Positions 1-12,595 of a stretch of 53,088 bases of DNA are shown here, in pieces. Each line of letters begins with the position of its first letter. The first letter of the stretch is position 1. The notes under the pieces are model-generated. The model saw only the letters and a program-made list of their open reading frames with translations. It searched no databases and was not told the DNA's origin. The DNA comes from Nemertoderma westbladi (lineage: Eukaryota > Animalia > Xenacoelomorpha): positions 1 to 53,088 of the forward strand of contig JAUCBJ010000973.1 of the NCBI GenBank assembly GCA_032718475.1, given 5' to 3'. Both the position numbers and the translations under genes were made by a program.

Positions 1-199
1 CAGATGTATCCTAGTTGTGTGGACGATGCATCCTAGTGGTGTGGACGATGTATCCTAGTGGTGTGGACGATGCATCCTAGTGGTGTGGACGATGTATCCT
101 AGTGGTGTGGACGATGCATCCTAGTGGTGTGGACGATGCATCCTAGTGGTGTGGACGATGCATCCTAGTGGTGTGGACGATGTGTCCTAGTGGTGTGGG
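1..199. repeat. 22-bp tandem repeat (GATG[C/T]ATCCTAGTGGTGTGGAC), ~9 copies, probably truncated by the window start
   Basis: Period of 22 seen directly (units start at 3, 25, 47...). Confidence 0.95.
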
Positions 200-2474
200 T
201 GGTCGATGAAATATAATGTTTTTCGCCCGACAAGGACACATCTATCTGCGGAGATGTTCCCTTCTCTGTCTACCTAGCAACACAATAAAGTAATCTCCAT
301 TGGTCTAGTGTATATACTTACTAACAATTAATCCAGGCCACACAGGCCTACATAATTTATAACGATTTGTAGCAGATATTATGGTAACTGTATTAGTATT
401 TCATCCATGTTGTGTCGTAAATGACGCATTAGGTATTCATTACCAGGGCTCAACTTAAATTCATAGTTACTCACTCATTTAATTTCCACAATAAGGTTAT
501 TTCCAGGGCGCGTCAATCTAGCGTAAAACCTCGCAATTTCCGTTGTTTGAGTAACCCATATATGTTCTCTGCCTCCCATATGTAACCCATGTTCCCTGCC
601 TCCCATATTTAATCACGATATCTTAATTGCTAAATAAACTGCTTATAGCGGGCACCGCGATATCCGTCTTCATTAATTAAGGACAATTTACCGTGACTTT
701 CTTTGGTGACCCTTTTTTTTGGTCTTGTTTTTTTCTTGTTTAATTTTGTTGTTCCTGAACACACTAAAAGAAGAACACACTACAAGACAGAAAAGTGGAC
801 AAAAGTAAAAGCGCGTCATAACATTACCACATATCGCATATGTTGATTAATGTTCCATTTAATTTCCACTAAAACTTAAACTAAGTTAGCATGTTGAACA
901 CAATTCAGACATGTTCACCTTAACCTCCACTCATTATTGTGTATGTAAATAATTATCTGCACCACCGCCAGCACATTGTATGACAAAGGAATTGCGGTTC
1001 ACTATTAGTTGATAAGCATTTGGCAACCCACAAATAATATGCTAAATGTTTAAAAAATAGAAAACATTCCAAATGTATATAATAAAAAAGCAAAGATATA
1101 AGGGTTACTTTCCCTTGTCCTATAAAATCTGTACGAACTTGTATATGTTTGCATGTATATGGAGAAATGGTATCCTTTTAAATATTTATTTACTGTATTT
1201 TTGTCAATTAATTACCACTTTATTGCTTTCCAGTCCAGTTGAGTTTATTTCAAGAACGAGCGTAGCGATCAAAGTGGCTTGCGGGAGGATATCTGTGTTA
1301 GTTATTTTTGTTAATAGCTATTTTTGAAGTTCGTCAACTTCTTAACTAATATTGTAAAAAGTTATAGAATATATTTCTTTATTCTAGAACGATTTTTCTA
1401 GACCATTCTGACCCATCGATGGAGATTTCGCAGTGTGTCGTTTCAAAGCAAAGCAGTTCTACAGAGTCAATCTATAAAAGCTAATGTCATAACAATGGAG
1501 GATTCCTTAAGTTATGAATTACGACTTACATTTGCTTATCTATCGAATAACTACTAATCTAATCCAAATAAGTTACATACAGTCATCAAGTTTTATTATT
1601 GATAATTAAATTATTACATAGTTAATGAGTCTATATAATATTTAACTATAAGCGGCATGCTCTAAAACAACTGCATTAGGAATACTAATAAGTTGGCTTA
1701 ACAACAAAATTACGCCAACACAATTACCTATGATATTAGCGAGATCATCCGCATCTTTACGGCCGGTGTCCTTTGCGTCTCGAGAAAGTTGCCTTCTTTC
1801 CTAGTGCCCAGTACCCACCATGATTTGTCTCTCTATGAGGCTGCCGAAACACATGATTGGCTGGTCCTCAAGGCGGAAGCAAGTTCCTGCAAATCAGAGG
1901 CGGCTCCGTTCAAGTGGCAAGCTTGGGGGGACTAATGAGACATTTTCAATTGTCTGGTTGGATATGTGTCCATTGCAGTTGACAATGAACCCGGCTTGTG
2001 TGGTTGTCCATTGGTGTTACGTTTGGTTTCCCACACTCTGATACGTATCTACATGTGCTATTAAAACGAACCGTGTAGGTTTGTCCAGTGGGGTCACGTT
2101 TGGTTTCCCAAACGTCGATAAGTTTCTGTCATATAACAATGTCATTTGATCTCAACCCTCGCCAGCCCATAGGTGCAATATGATCGAAACGAAACTGTTT
2201 GGCCAACCAGTATCTACGGCCAATCAGCATCCAGTACGTTCCGATCCCGATTTGCATAATATCTGGCTACAAAAGGGCCCGTTTTTTCATTTTCCTTACC
2301 TTATTGTACCTTCACTCTCTGCTTGTGGGGAATCCCCTGACTTTTACAACAGTAAAATTGTTTATATTTTTAGCGGCATTTTTATCTGTAAATGGTATTT
2401 ATGTATTTCTGTAATATCTCAACTATCTGTACTTAATAATAACTGATTATAATGAAAAAATATAATATTCCCAG

Positions 2475-3860
2475 CAGTTCACATCGATATCTACTTGTTT
2501 TCACCTCAACTTCCTATATACAGCCACTTCTTCAACTCTTAACGGGAGGTGTCGAATATCCCTCTCACTTTATCAGTTCACATCGATATCTACTTGTTTT
2601 CACCTCAACTTCCTATATACAGCCACTTCTTCAACTCTTAACGGGAGGTGTCGAATATCCCTCTCACTTTATCAGTTCACATCGATATCTACTTGTTTTC
2701 ACCTCAACTTCCTATATACAGCCACTTCTTCAACTCTTAACGGGAGGTGTCGAATATCCCTCTCACTTTATCAGTTCACATCGATATCTACTCGTTTTCA
2801 CCTCAACTTCCTATATACAGCCACATCTTCAACTCTTAACGGGAGGTGTCGAATATCCCTCTCACTTTATCAGTTCACATCGATATCTACTTGTTTTCAC
2901 CTCAACTTCCTATATACAGCCACTTCTTCAACTCTTAACGGGAGGTGTCGAATATCCCTCTCACTTTATCAGTTCACATCGATATCTACTTGTTTTCACC
3001 TCAACTTCCTATATGCAGCCACTTCTTCAACTCTTAACGGGAGGTGTCGAATATCCCTCTCACTTTATCAGTTCACATCGATATCTACTTGTTTTCACCT
3101 CAACTTCCTATATACAGCCACTTCTTCAACTCTTAACGGGAGGTGTCGAATATCCCTCTCACTTTATCAGTTCACATCGATATCTACTTGTTTTCACCTC
3201 AACTTCCTATATACAGCCACTTCTTCAACTCTTAACGGGAGGTGTCGAATATCCCTCTCACTTTATCAGTTCACATCGATATCTACTTGTTTTCACCTCA
3301 ACTTCCTATATACAGCCACTTCTTCAACTCTTAACGGGAGGTGTCGAATATCCCTCTCACTTTATCAGTTCACATCGATATCTACTTGTTTTCACCTCAA
3401 CTTCCTATATACAGCCACTTCTTCAACTCTTAACGGGAGGTGTCGAATATCCCTCTCACTTTATCAGTTCACATCGATATCTACTTGTTTTCACCTCAAC
3501 TTCCTATATACAGCCACTTCTTCAACTCTTAACGGGAGGTGTCGAATATCCCTCTCACTTTATCAGTTCACATCGATATCTACTTGTTTTCACCTCAACT
3601 TCCTATATACAGCCACTTCTTCAACTCTTAACGGGAGGTGTCGAATATCCCTCTCACTTTATCAGTTCACATCGATATCTACTTGTTTTCACCTCAACTT
3701 CCTATATACAGCCACTTCTTCAACTCTTAACGGGAGGTGTCGAATATCCCTCTCACTTTATCAGTTCACATCGATATCTACTTGTTTTCATCTCAACTTC
3801 CTATATACAGCCACTTCTTCAACTCTTAACGGGAGGTGTCGAATATCCCTCTCACTTTAT
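2475..3860. repeat. 99-bp tandem repeat, 14 near-identical copies
   Basis: Units start at 2475, 2574...; 1386/99 = 14. Only a few point variants. The array produces the 33-aa-periodic ORF 2452..4065. Confidence 0.97.
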
Positions 3861-4140
3861 TAGGACCCGACGGATTGAGTGCAGTCTCCCCATCTCACAC
3901 TCACACATGGTCTCCAATTTAAGAGTACTGGTTCTAGTACTGCTCTACATTATCCAACCTGAAGATTCTAATGCATTCTATGTGACTTCAAAGTCATGGA
4001 CAGCAGCCCATTCAATGATGCCCATGCATTTCCCTGTATTAGAAGGTCTTCACCTGACTTCCTGATCAATTATCCCAAGTAGCAGAAGACATTCACATAC
4101 TCAAGGACACCAACCTTTGAGCTTATTCTCAAACTATCAT
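3861..4140 (-). mobile_element. Decayed non-LTR retrotransposon (RTE-like) fragment, region C-terminal to RT
   Basis: Minus-strand translation gives VLEYVNVFCYLG* followed by an AW-containing segment, matching the LE.V..F.YLG...AW pattern of RTE-clade LINEs. Stops are present. Confidence 0.55.
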
Positions 4141-4512
4141 ATAAATTTCCCGAGGATTGTTGAAGTTAACTGTCAGAATTTTGGTCTTCTTGGAGTAAAC
4201 AAAAAGCCCAACACTAGAAGCAGTATGTTCTAATGAGCTGACGAGCCTTTGGGCTCCCTCTAGTGATTCGGAGACTATTCCTATGACACTAATTATTGTA
4301 ACTTGTTTAATTTTACAACAAATAACTGTATGCCGTTAATTTTTTCTGCATTATGTAGATTATGTTATCAGTTATTAAATAAATCACCAGAGATTGTTAT
4401 AAAACAGTCTGGGATTTGATTATAATACTTTGAGGTCATTTTTCTTAAAATGGTGGGGATAGTCTGGGCTAACGCACTTCTGCTGAACACCGTCCAATTA
4501 TAATTAAGAATA

Positions 4513-4625
4513 GTGGCGTGTATCACCGTGGGAACCGTTAAGGTGGCGTGTATCACCGTGGGAACCGTTAAGGTGGCGTGTATCACCGTGGGAACCGTTA
4601 AGGTGGCGTGTGTCACCGTGGGAAC
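4513..4625. repeat. 30-bp tandem repeat, ~3.8 copies
   Basis: GTGGCGTGTATCACCGTGGGAACCGTTAAG is repeated directly. Confidence 0.95.
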
Positions 4626-4627
4626 TT

Positions 4628-4990
4628 CCCATATAATTTCAAATGGATTCGTTCTTTGTCACCATCAGCGGTAGACACAAATGTCGTCGAACCATCGTAT
4701 ACTAATCTGATTTCCGCTATAGTTCCCCCTGGAATCCCTTATAATGAAAGTATGCTGAAGCTGAGCATACTGAATCAGAGGTCTTGAAGAAATAAAGAGC
4801 CATGGTTACGACCTTTACGGAACCCATTCTGTTTCCCGCCCGCGTTGCATTCTATCCTTGATGCCATTCCATATAATTATATTGTATAGCTTTGTGGCAA
4901 TCGAGATCAACGAGATGCCACGAAAACATCCAAAAAGTGGATGTTGAAGCGTGTTAGATTGTTCTTCTTGGGAATTGGCTGAAATGATTT
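4628..4990 (-). mobile_element. Decayed LINE reverse transcriptase fragment (RTE-like)
   Basis: Minus-strand pieces QPIPKK, RGISLISIATKLYN, QNGFRKGR and GIPGGTIAEIRLVYDGSTTFVSTADG match the N-terminal RT motifs of non-LTR elements. Frameshifted. Confidence 0.75.
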
Positions 4991-6183
4991 ATTTTCATCC
5001 GTCATACCCCGCCGTTTTATGTGTCATTGTCATTCAGCCAATTCCCAAGAAAGACAACAAGAGTGATTATGAGAATATTCTTGAATTATGAATGATGGCG
5101 TGTTGTTGGAAACGCTAGTCATTTGTAATAATTAATTAATAATATACTTTGTGGGGGAGTTAGTTCTGAAGGAGCTGAGGTGAGTTGAGTAGTTGGCATT
5201 GGTTGAGACTCACCCAAGCGCCAAGGCCGGATGGGAAGCAGCGGGCATACAGTAATGGCTGGGGAATTAACAATTCTATTGGACTATTGGTATATGTATG
5301 CTAAATAACTATCTATATCCAGGATTCCACTGTTCTATGGCATATCCTTTCCATTGGCCAGCAGTGAAGCTGGTTTCTTTCTCCTCAGCCGCTTGGGCTG
5401 TAGTCCATTTCTCTCCATAGCGCACTTTCTAGCTTGACTGGACGGATTCGACTAACAAATACCGCTCCACCACTGAGTGAGTTGCTGATTCCCTTAGATA
5501 TTAGGCCTGCATTTGATTGCATTAACCCAGAAGCATCTAACCTATTTATTGTGTAACCGGTTTACCCCCATAAGGCCATAAAAACAAATCTCCATGGGGT
5601 GAAGTAGTTAGTCCGTGTAATTATATCACATAGAGGAGACAAGTTCGTGTCCACTGCTTTGCGACTCATTGATTTGCTAACTTTTTTTTCCAAAGATGTG
5701 ATCTAATATCATCATGAACAGTATGCAAGTGTGGGAAACGCAATTATTTTTTTATTTGACATTTTCTGATGTGTTATGGTAGAAGTTTAACCACAACTCC
5801 CATTTCTACATTAATGCCGCATCCATCTGAATTATTCATTGATGATAAAGTGACAATTCCAAAATTCATAATCAGTTGCATGACGTTTAATTTTACATAA
5901 AACATATTCCACATAAATCAGTAAAACATTTTTTCTGGTACCGGTACTTTCAACAACTTTACATTAGTATATTTGACTGATTAATTACAGATTTGCCCAA
6001 GTTCGCTCGACCTAGTAGTAGTAATTACAGATTAATACATGTACCGGTAGAGTAAAATACAATTGATAGCATTATAATATATATTAATTTATTTTTATTT
6101 ATTTTATTATGTTTTATTAATTGATAATGATAAGACTTGTTAATGTTGACTAAGTAATGATATGAGTAAAATCTTGTTTGATC

Positions 6184-9100
6184 ATGTCAAATTCTTCAAG
6201 TGGGATATTATCAAAAGTATCACTTCGTCCGATGACATCTTCTGACAGCATGGCTGTGAAATCACATCCAAACAGTCGCAGATCGAGTCTGGAAGGACCA
6301 GATGATCCTAGAGCACCTTCTACAAAACCAAAAGAGAAATCGAAACGTCGACTTAGAAGAACTGTGGCTATATCAGCAGATGCTCCTTCAGATTCATCAC
6401 CTCCAATACCTCTAACAACTCGCTCACAGTTATTACAAACGCTAACTAACAAGTTACGATTCCGCGTTGGCATGGATACAGATGATAGTGGAGCACGAAA
6501 AAATCGTAAGGAGAGCAGCTCGACTGCACCACAACTTGTAGCCAGATCTGTCCAGTCAGAGCCTGGTAGCAGACGCAACAGCCAGTCATCTCCTCCTAAA
6601 TTGTTGGAATTGGACTCTGTGGAGCCTGGGTCGCAAAGGCAGCGAAGGCATGGGATGATCATGCCAACAGCACCGCAAGTTGTGGATCTGATTGACAAAT
6701 CAAAGGATCATATAGCACCTGGTAATAACAGTGAATCTTCCTTATCCACAGAATTCTCATTAGTGATTACTTCAAGTCGTCATAGACGCCACAACCAGCC
6801 CCAGCGCATTCGGTCACAATCCTATTCGGTGACTAACTGTGAGGAGCGCAAACGTCACTCCCCTGAGGCTCCTTGCAACAACTACAAGCGCCACTCAGCA
6901 GAGAATGAACCACTCTACTCCTGTGGAATTGATACCTCTGAAGTTAGTAATGGAAATTTGACTTCCCCCAACCGCTCCTCTGTGTCATCAGGATCTAATC
7001 TAGAGGACGCACGCCGATCTCCATCCTCTTCCTATTTTAAGACCTCAAACCGTACCCACTCATTTCCTCTCCCCAAAGTCATTATAGTTCCGGATAAATT
7101 AGATGGTGGTTTTGACTACTGTGAACAGATAAAAGATACTAACCTTTTATCTCCGACTGCATTAGGCATTTCAACATCAACTCCTGAGCTTTGCGACCAC
7201 ACTGCAAAAATGACTACAGCCCTGTCAGCTGAATGTCTTAGCTTAGAACCAAGTGACCATAGGAATGTTGTAAATATTGATAATCAGGAAAAGATGGGGC
7301 AACTTGACATGAGGAAACACATTGTATGGAGCTTATATGACACGGAAAAATCATATGTTCAATCACTTCGAAGTTTAGTTGATGACTATTACAAACCCCT
7401 AAAAAGTTCAGATAATATTGGCATTTGTGATCCCATATTGGTTGATGAAATTTTTTACCAAATTCCTTTGATTCTCGAAAATCATGAGAAATTCTTCTTA
7501 CAGGTTGAAGGAAGAGTGGCAGCCTGGAATGACCAAAACAAGATTGGTGATTTGATTGCATTTTCATTTACACGACATCTTCTCATGGATGCATACACTG
7601 CCTTCATAAACCACTTTTGGCAAGCCAAAGAAGCAGAACGCCTTGCGTTATTACGACCAAGTTTTGTTAAATTTATTGACCAAGTCAGTAAGGAGCAAAA
7701 AGAAAAGCTGACCTTGGATGATCTCCTTATTAAACCTGTTCAAAGAATCCCTCGCTACTCACTTTTACTTAAAGATCTTGTGCAATTTACGCCTTTGGAT
7801 CATCCAGATTTCCAATCACTGATACTTGCTCAGGAAGAAATTAAAGCTCTAGCTGAGAAGATGAATAAAGGGGAACAAGATATGGAAGTAGCTGAAACTC
7901 ATTCACAAATGATGCGGGATATTGAGGCCATGGTAGAGGGATTATCAGGTTTGTGCGCACCATTTCGGAGGGTAATCAGACAAGATTATGTAACTGAGAT
8001 TAAAGGGGCAGTCACAAAGAAAGAAAGATGTCTTTTCTTATTTTCGGATTTGCTTGTATGTGCTTCCGTAAAAGTTAAGAAAAATATTTCTAGACGTATT
8101 TCAGTCAATGTTTTTCCGACTACAACACCAATCTTGGATTATGGTAACAAATATAAACTGATTTGGAAAGCCAATATTCAGGATATTGATGCCTATTCTA
8201 CATCGGCGAATGCACGTAACAGCAAAATTCTAGAAAGAACACAGACTGGGCTTGAAGAAGATTTGAGTTCTCTAAATGAGATTAGTCTCCTAGTAAGTCA
8301 TTTAGAGTCTAAACATCTGGCATTGGAAGAAGCTGTAAAATCCGCTCAAATTGCAATCCATCGCCAGATCGCCGATTACCAGTTTGCTGCAGCCATTGCA
8401 GACAATGACTCGCGTATGGAGATTGCATTTTCACCCGGATACTCAATTTTTTTCAATTTTGTATCAACTGAAGCAAAGAATGAGTGGGAATCTGTTTTCC
8501 TGGATGGCAAACAGCGATTGTCACGCTCTAGTGATCTTTTTCCCCCTGAATTCCTTTATCCCATCCCTATAAACAAGACTCGTGCTGGATTACAGTTCAC
8601 ATGTGCCACTGTATGTACCTACCATATGGATAGTGGTCAGAGGGATGTGTGGATATGCAACAGTGATGGATATGTCGGTCAAGTTTGCCAATTGAGTTTA
8701 AATCCCGAACCAGTAGTTGCCTCGTGCATAAGTGTTTGCTCATCTCGCATCAACTGCATTTGCTCGGTGCCACCCAAAATGCCAGCATCTAAACTCACCA
8801 AGATGTTACAACAAAGTTCGCAGGATGGCTCAACAACTTCTGGTGGGAACGATGCTACAATCCAAGCCGACTCGCCAACTATACACATTATGGCCTTTGA
8901 TTCTGATACTGACGAAGAAAGATTCCCGAATGTCTCCAAATTATGTTCAAATTCCCCTACCTGCATTGAAAATCCCTTCGAAGGTGTCGATTTTGCGAAG
9001 CGTAATTCTCCCGCAGTTCGTGATAAAGTAGGAAAAAGTGCGACTTCTAGTCCTCGCAGCAGTGTTGACAGTGAAGATTGCCCTCGAAAATTATTTGACT

Positions 9101-10083
9101 GCAAGCTACTTTATACAGTTTGGATTGGAACAGAGGACGGGACTATCCTTGTTTACCACAACACTGATAAAATCCGCGAAAGGAAAAACAAAACTGAAAT
9201 ACACGAACGTGGTGCTATAACCAGCATTTTATATGCAGATGACAAAGTATTTGTTGCAGTTTCATCTCTTGAAATTCTCGTTTTTTTTAGGTCCAATCAG
9301 ACACAGTGGGATTTGCATAAACCACGCAGGATATCAACCCCTCTACCGGTATTTGAACTTTGCCTTGTTGGGACATCAATTTGGTGCACCAGTTCATCAT
9401 CCGTAATAATTTTCAACCCAAATTGTTTGAAAATTGAATCAACGATTGAAGTTGGTGCCAAAATTAATTGTATTGCTTCATCGGGTTACTCTGTATGGAT
9501 TTCATGCCTTAAGAACTGCGTGGTCCGGTTATATCACGCATCCACCACAGAATTTCTAGCGGAAATAGATATTTCGCAAACTGTTCATAAGATGATTGCG
9601 GGTGCCGATGCGATTATCAGACAACATAAGGCGGCGTGCATGCGAATTACCTCAATACTCCCGTGTCAGGATCTCGTGTGGTTGGGGACAAGTTGTGGCG
9701 TCATTCTCACCATACCAGCGCCGCACGTCGTTCTACAAACCACCGCCCCATTACCAGATATTCCACTTTCCACGGCCTCGGTTCACGGACACACTGGACA
9801 CGTGCGCTTCCTAGCCTTCGTCGAAGTACCCATTAACTGTCTGAAATCGCAGCAGGGAGGTGCGAAGCAGCGTTCAGAGGTGGCCAGTCCACCGCCTGTC
9901 TCTATAATGCGCCGTCTGGAAGCGCGCCGCATGTCATTAGGGGCAACCCTAGCGACCAATCAGAACTACGGTACTCTTGTGCTCTCAGGGGGTGATGGCC
10001 TGGAAGATTTTCGCGTTTATTCGTCCAATCAGAGCGCAGGAAGGGATGACAGCACGAGCTACTTATTGCTTTGGCAGGTTTGA
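6184..10083 (+). CDS. ARHGEF17: Rho guanine nucleotide exchange factor 17-like (DH-PH plus C-terminal beta-propeller), single coding exon, ~1299 aa
   Basis: Ser-rich N-terminus; DH domain (RKHIVWSLYDTEKSYVQSL...LLIKPVQRIPRYSLLLKDL); PH domain (KKERCLFLFSDLLVC); RAGLQFTCA, VWICNSDGYVGQVC and IIRQHKAACMRITS; C-terminus GRDDSTSYLLLWQV, typical of ARHGEF17. First ATG is at 6184 (the track start at 6178 is TTG). Confidence 0.93.
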   Translation: MSNSSSGILSKVSLRPMTSSDSMAVKSHPNSRRSSLEGPDDPRAPSTKPKEKSKRRLRRTVAISADAPSDSSPPIPLTTRSQLLQTLTNKLRFRVGMDTDDSGARKNRKESSSTAPQLVARSVQSEPGSRRNSQSSPPKLLELDSVEPGSQRQRRHGMIMPTAPQVVDLIDKSKDHIAPGNNSESSLSTEFSLVITSSRHRRHNQPQRIRSQSYSVTNCEERKRHSPEAPCNNYKRHSAENEPLYSCGIDTSEVSNGNLTSPNRSSVSSGSNLEDARRSPSSSYFKTSNRTHSFPLPKVIIVPDKLDGGFDYCEQIKDTNLLSPTALGISTSTPELCDHTAKMTTALSAECLSLEPSDHRNVVNIDNQEKMGQLDMRKHIVWSLYDTEKSYVQSLRSLVDDYYKPLKSSDNIGICDPILVDEIFYQIPLILENHEKFFLQVEGRVAAWNDQNKIGDLIAFSFTRHLLMDAYTAFINHFWQAKEAERLALLRPSFVKFIDQVSKEQKEKLTLDDLLIKPVQRIPRYSLLLKDLVQFTPLDHPDFQSLILAQEEIKALAEKMNKGEQDMEVAETHSQMMRDIEAMVEGLSGLCAPFRRVIRQDYVTEIKGAVTKKERCLFLFSDLLVCASVKVKKNISRRISVNVFPTTTPILDYGNKYKLIWKANIQDIDAYSTSANARNSKILERTQTGLEEDLSSLNEISLLVSHLESKHLALEEAVKSAQIAIHRQIADYQFAAAIADNDSRMEIAFSPGYSIFFNFVSTEAKNEWESVFLDGKQRLSRSSDLFPPEFLYPIPINKTRAGLQFTCATVCTYHMDSGQRDVWICNSDGYVGQVCQLSLNPEPVVASCISVCSSRINCICSVPPKMPASKLTKMLQQSSQDGSTTSGGNDATIQADSPTIHIMAFDSDTDEERFPNVSKLCSNSPTCIENPFEGVDFAKRNSPAVRDKVGKSATSSPRSSVDSEDCPRKLFDCKLLYTVWIGTEDGTILVYHNTDKIRERKNKTEIHERGAITSILYADDKVFVAVSSLEILVFFRSNQTQWDLHKPRRISTPLPVFELCLVGTSIWCTSSSSVIIFNPNCLKIESTIEVGAKINCIASSGYSVWISCLKNCVVRLYHASTTEFLAEIDISQTVHKMIAGADAIIRQHKAACMRITSILPCQDLVWLGTSCGVILTIPAPHVVLQTTAPLPDIPLSTASVHGHTGHVRFLAFVEVPINCLKSQQGGAKQRSEVASPPPVSIMRRLEARRMSLGATLATNQNYGTLVLSGGDGLEDFRVYSSNQSAGRDDSTSYLLLWQV

Positions 10084-10822
10084 CCAAAGTTTTAAAGTCT
10101 AATTAAAAATAATACCAATAAATTAATGCATAATTTTACAAATTTGAATATATTTCTAATGAATAATTTTTAATAAACTTACAAGAAACTCATTCATAAA
10201 GAGAGTTCTAGAAAGCAAATAATATTAAACTAACATTGTTTTTGAAATAAATCTCAACAAAAATATATTATATGTGTACTTATAATGTGCATTTATTTTA
10301 TTTATTACTGTGATCGCCTGTGCAATTTTTATTTTTTATATTTTGATGTAGTTGGGTTTTATAGTGAACCATCAGCAATACCAATAACATTGTTCAATAT
10401 TTAATACTGTAGTTTAATATTTATTTGTGTAATTAAAATGCTCGTAAGGATTTGAAAGGGGCCGCCTCAAAAATACGAATCTCTAGAGAGGCGGGAGAGG
10501 GGGGGGGGGGGGGGGTGTGTTCTATGGAAAAATAGAAAGTGGAATTTCTGTACACTATGGAATTTCAACTAAGTTTGTTGAAAATAATTTAATATCAATA
10601 AATTTCGCCTGCTTCGCCCGAACTTCTCCGCCGTTACATTTCACTACGTTCCTTTCAACTCCTTTCTGTTGTACCGTACTAGTCGGTACTAGTCGGTACT
10701 AGTCGGTACTAGTCGGTACTATTCAAATACAGTAAACCATTTCTTATTTTACAAGATTGGCAGATGAGGTTTACAGTATTGCAGCTTGTGTTTTGAAATT
10801 TTAGTTTGATATCTAAATTATG

Positions 10823-11079
10823 GAGACAGGGGGGGGGGGGGGGGGGGGGGGACAGGACGCAAATCCAATCTTGGCGGATTAATATCCCGCCTCAATGTTA
10901 AATTCTCAATTTTGGGAAAGGAGCAGGTTAGAGTGGCACGTTATTTTAACCAAAACAATAAACTAAATACATTAGAACAGGTTACAGTTTTATTTTTGAA
11001 AGTAATCAGCTGTTATTTGCGTCGAATTTCCCCTGTAAAGGGATCAATTTTTATTGCGTCCAGTTTCCCCCACTATCTG
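10823..11079 (+). mobile_element. MITE family A copy with an expanded poly-G run in the left TIR
   Basis: Aligns end to end with the reverse complement of 31686..31925 and ends in CGTCCAGTTTCCCCCACTATCTG. Confidence 0.8.
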
Positions 11080-12595
11080 AAATTATGAATATGGTTGGCC
11101 ACCACCCCCCCCCCCCCCCCCCTCACTCAAACGAAAAGCTAAATACGTCACAGGTCGGTACAGGGTGGGGGGGGGGGGGGTGATTTTTCAAAATGGAGTT
11201 ACGTGTATGTTATTTTTAGTCGGCCCGTAAATCATCTTTTGTGTCATTGACATCATAATATTAATTGGAATTCATTATATGGAAATTAAATATTTTCACC
11301 GTATTTAGATAATTTTTGTAATATAGGCTAATAAAGATTAAAATAATGCATAAGTAGACTGCGTCGTATATTACCTATACCATTAATAATTCATTTGTTC
11401 TTAGTAGCTAATATATTATGTATCTATTCTTGAGAAATTCAGCAATACAATATTTATAGGCAACCTATGATGGCTACTTACACCCACCCTCCTATTCCTC
11501 TATTCCATTCACTAATACACTTTATGCACACATCACCAAGATTATTGTTAGAGGGTTCATAAAGTATGTTAATCCCCGGATTTTCAATTTAAGTTAATTC
11601 ATTATTTGAGATATGAAAACATCCCTTGTGTGACGATACAAAAATAGATTCAACCATGTCATAAAGTGTCCCGCATGCACCCCCCCCCCCCCCCCCCCCC
11701 AAATATTACATGTATATTCTATTTCACCATAGTTACACCGCAATTATTCGATTTGTTGGTGCCGATGGAAAGGTAACGTTGCAAAGATTCCAAATTTGTA
11801 ATAATATCCGAATTTTGTAGAGGTAAAGCTGATACTTTGGCTTTCGAAAGTTACATGTTTTACATTTGCGAGGGTCCTATTGCAGTATCTGAGTATTGCA
11901 GCTTTACGTCATTAAGTTGGGTTTACCGGCCGCCAATTATTACTGTATTATAGTACCGGCTGACCGGTATTAAAAGTTTAATGTTATTTTAAATCTAAAT
12001 AATCTGTCGGCCTTACCGTCAGACCATACTGAAACAGCTTAGAATGCAGTATTGCTGCTGGAAATACTGCTAGACTAGAAACAACATTAATTATATCACT
12101 CTCAATAATCACAATTTAATTCATTGTACTAAGGTAGTGTCAAAAGACGCGCCAGACTCTCCGCTTTCAATTAATATAAGCCACGTATGAAATGATTGAC
12201 ATTTAATATGCATTTGAATCGATCGAATATCTCTATCCATAGAAACCAAGATAAAAAATTATCAGAGCCTGGCGTAATGACGTCAAATATGTAGCATCCA
12301 ATCACAGTCGATTTTCGAAATTGGCTTCCGGTTCCGGCGCTTACTTAAATCCGCCATTTAGAAGGTTTCCTCGTGTTTTAACAAAAACAACACCCAGCCA
12401 CTCGATTCCGAGCACCTTGTTGCATTCAATTGTTTCTAGCCCAACAAATTTTTCGCGCACCAACCTTATTGCTTATTCCGCGTTCCTTGTTTTTTTACAT
12501 TGCTTGATTAATTATGTAGATTAATTGATTGATGGTAATACAATAACCAGGATGGTCTCTGATTCCCAGTTATATTTATGGCCAGGAAAGGCTGA

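Noticed and set aside
2452-4065. 537-aa ORF as a real gene
   Set aside because: It is 14 copies of a 99-bp unit that happens to be stop-free in one frame. There is no recognisable domain and almost no synonymous variation.
6150-9836. Antisense and alternate-frame ORFs overlapping ARHGEF17 (and likewise MFSD1, CHMP7, MRPL17 and PDIA4 exons)
   Set aside because: They are shadow ORFs of real coding sequence with no independent motifs.
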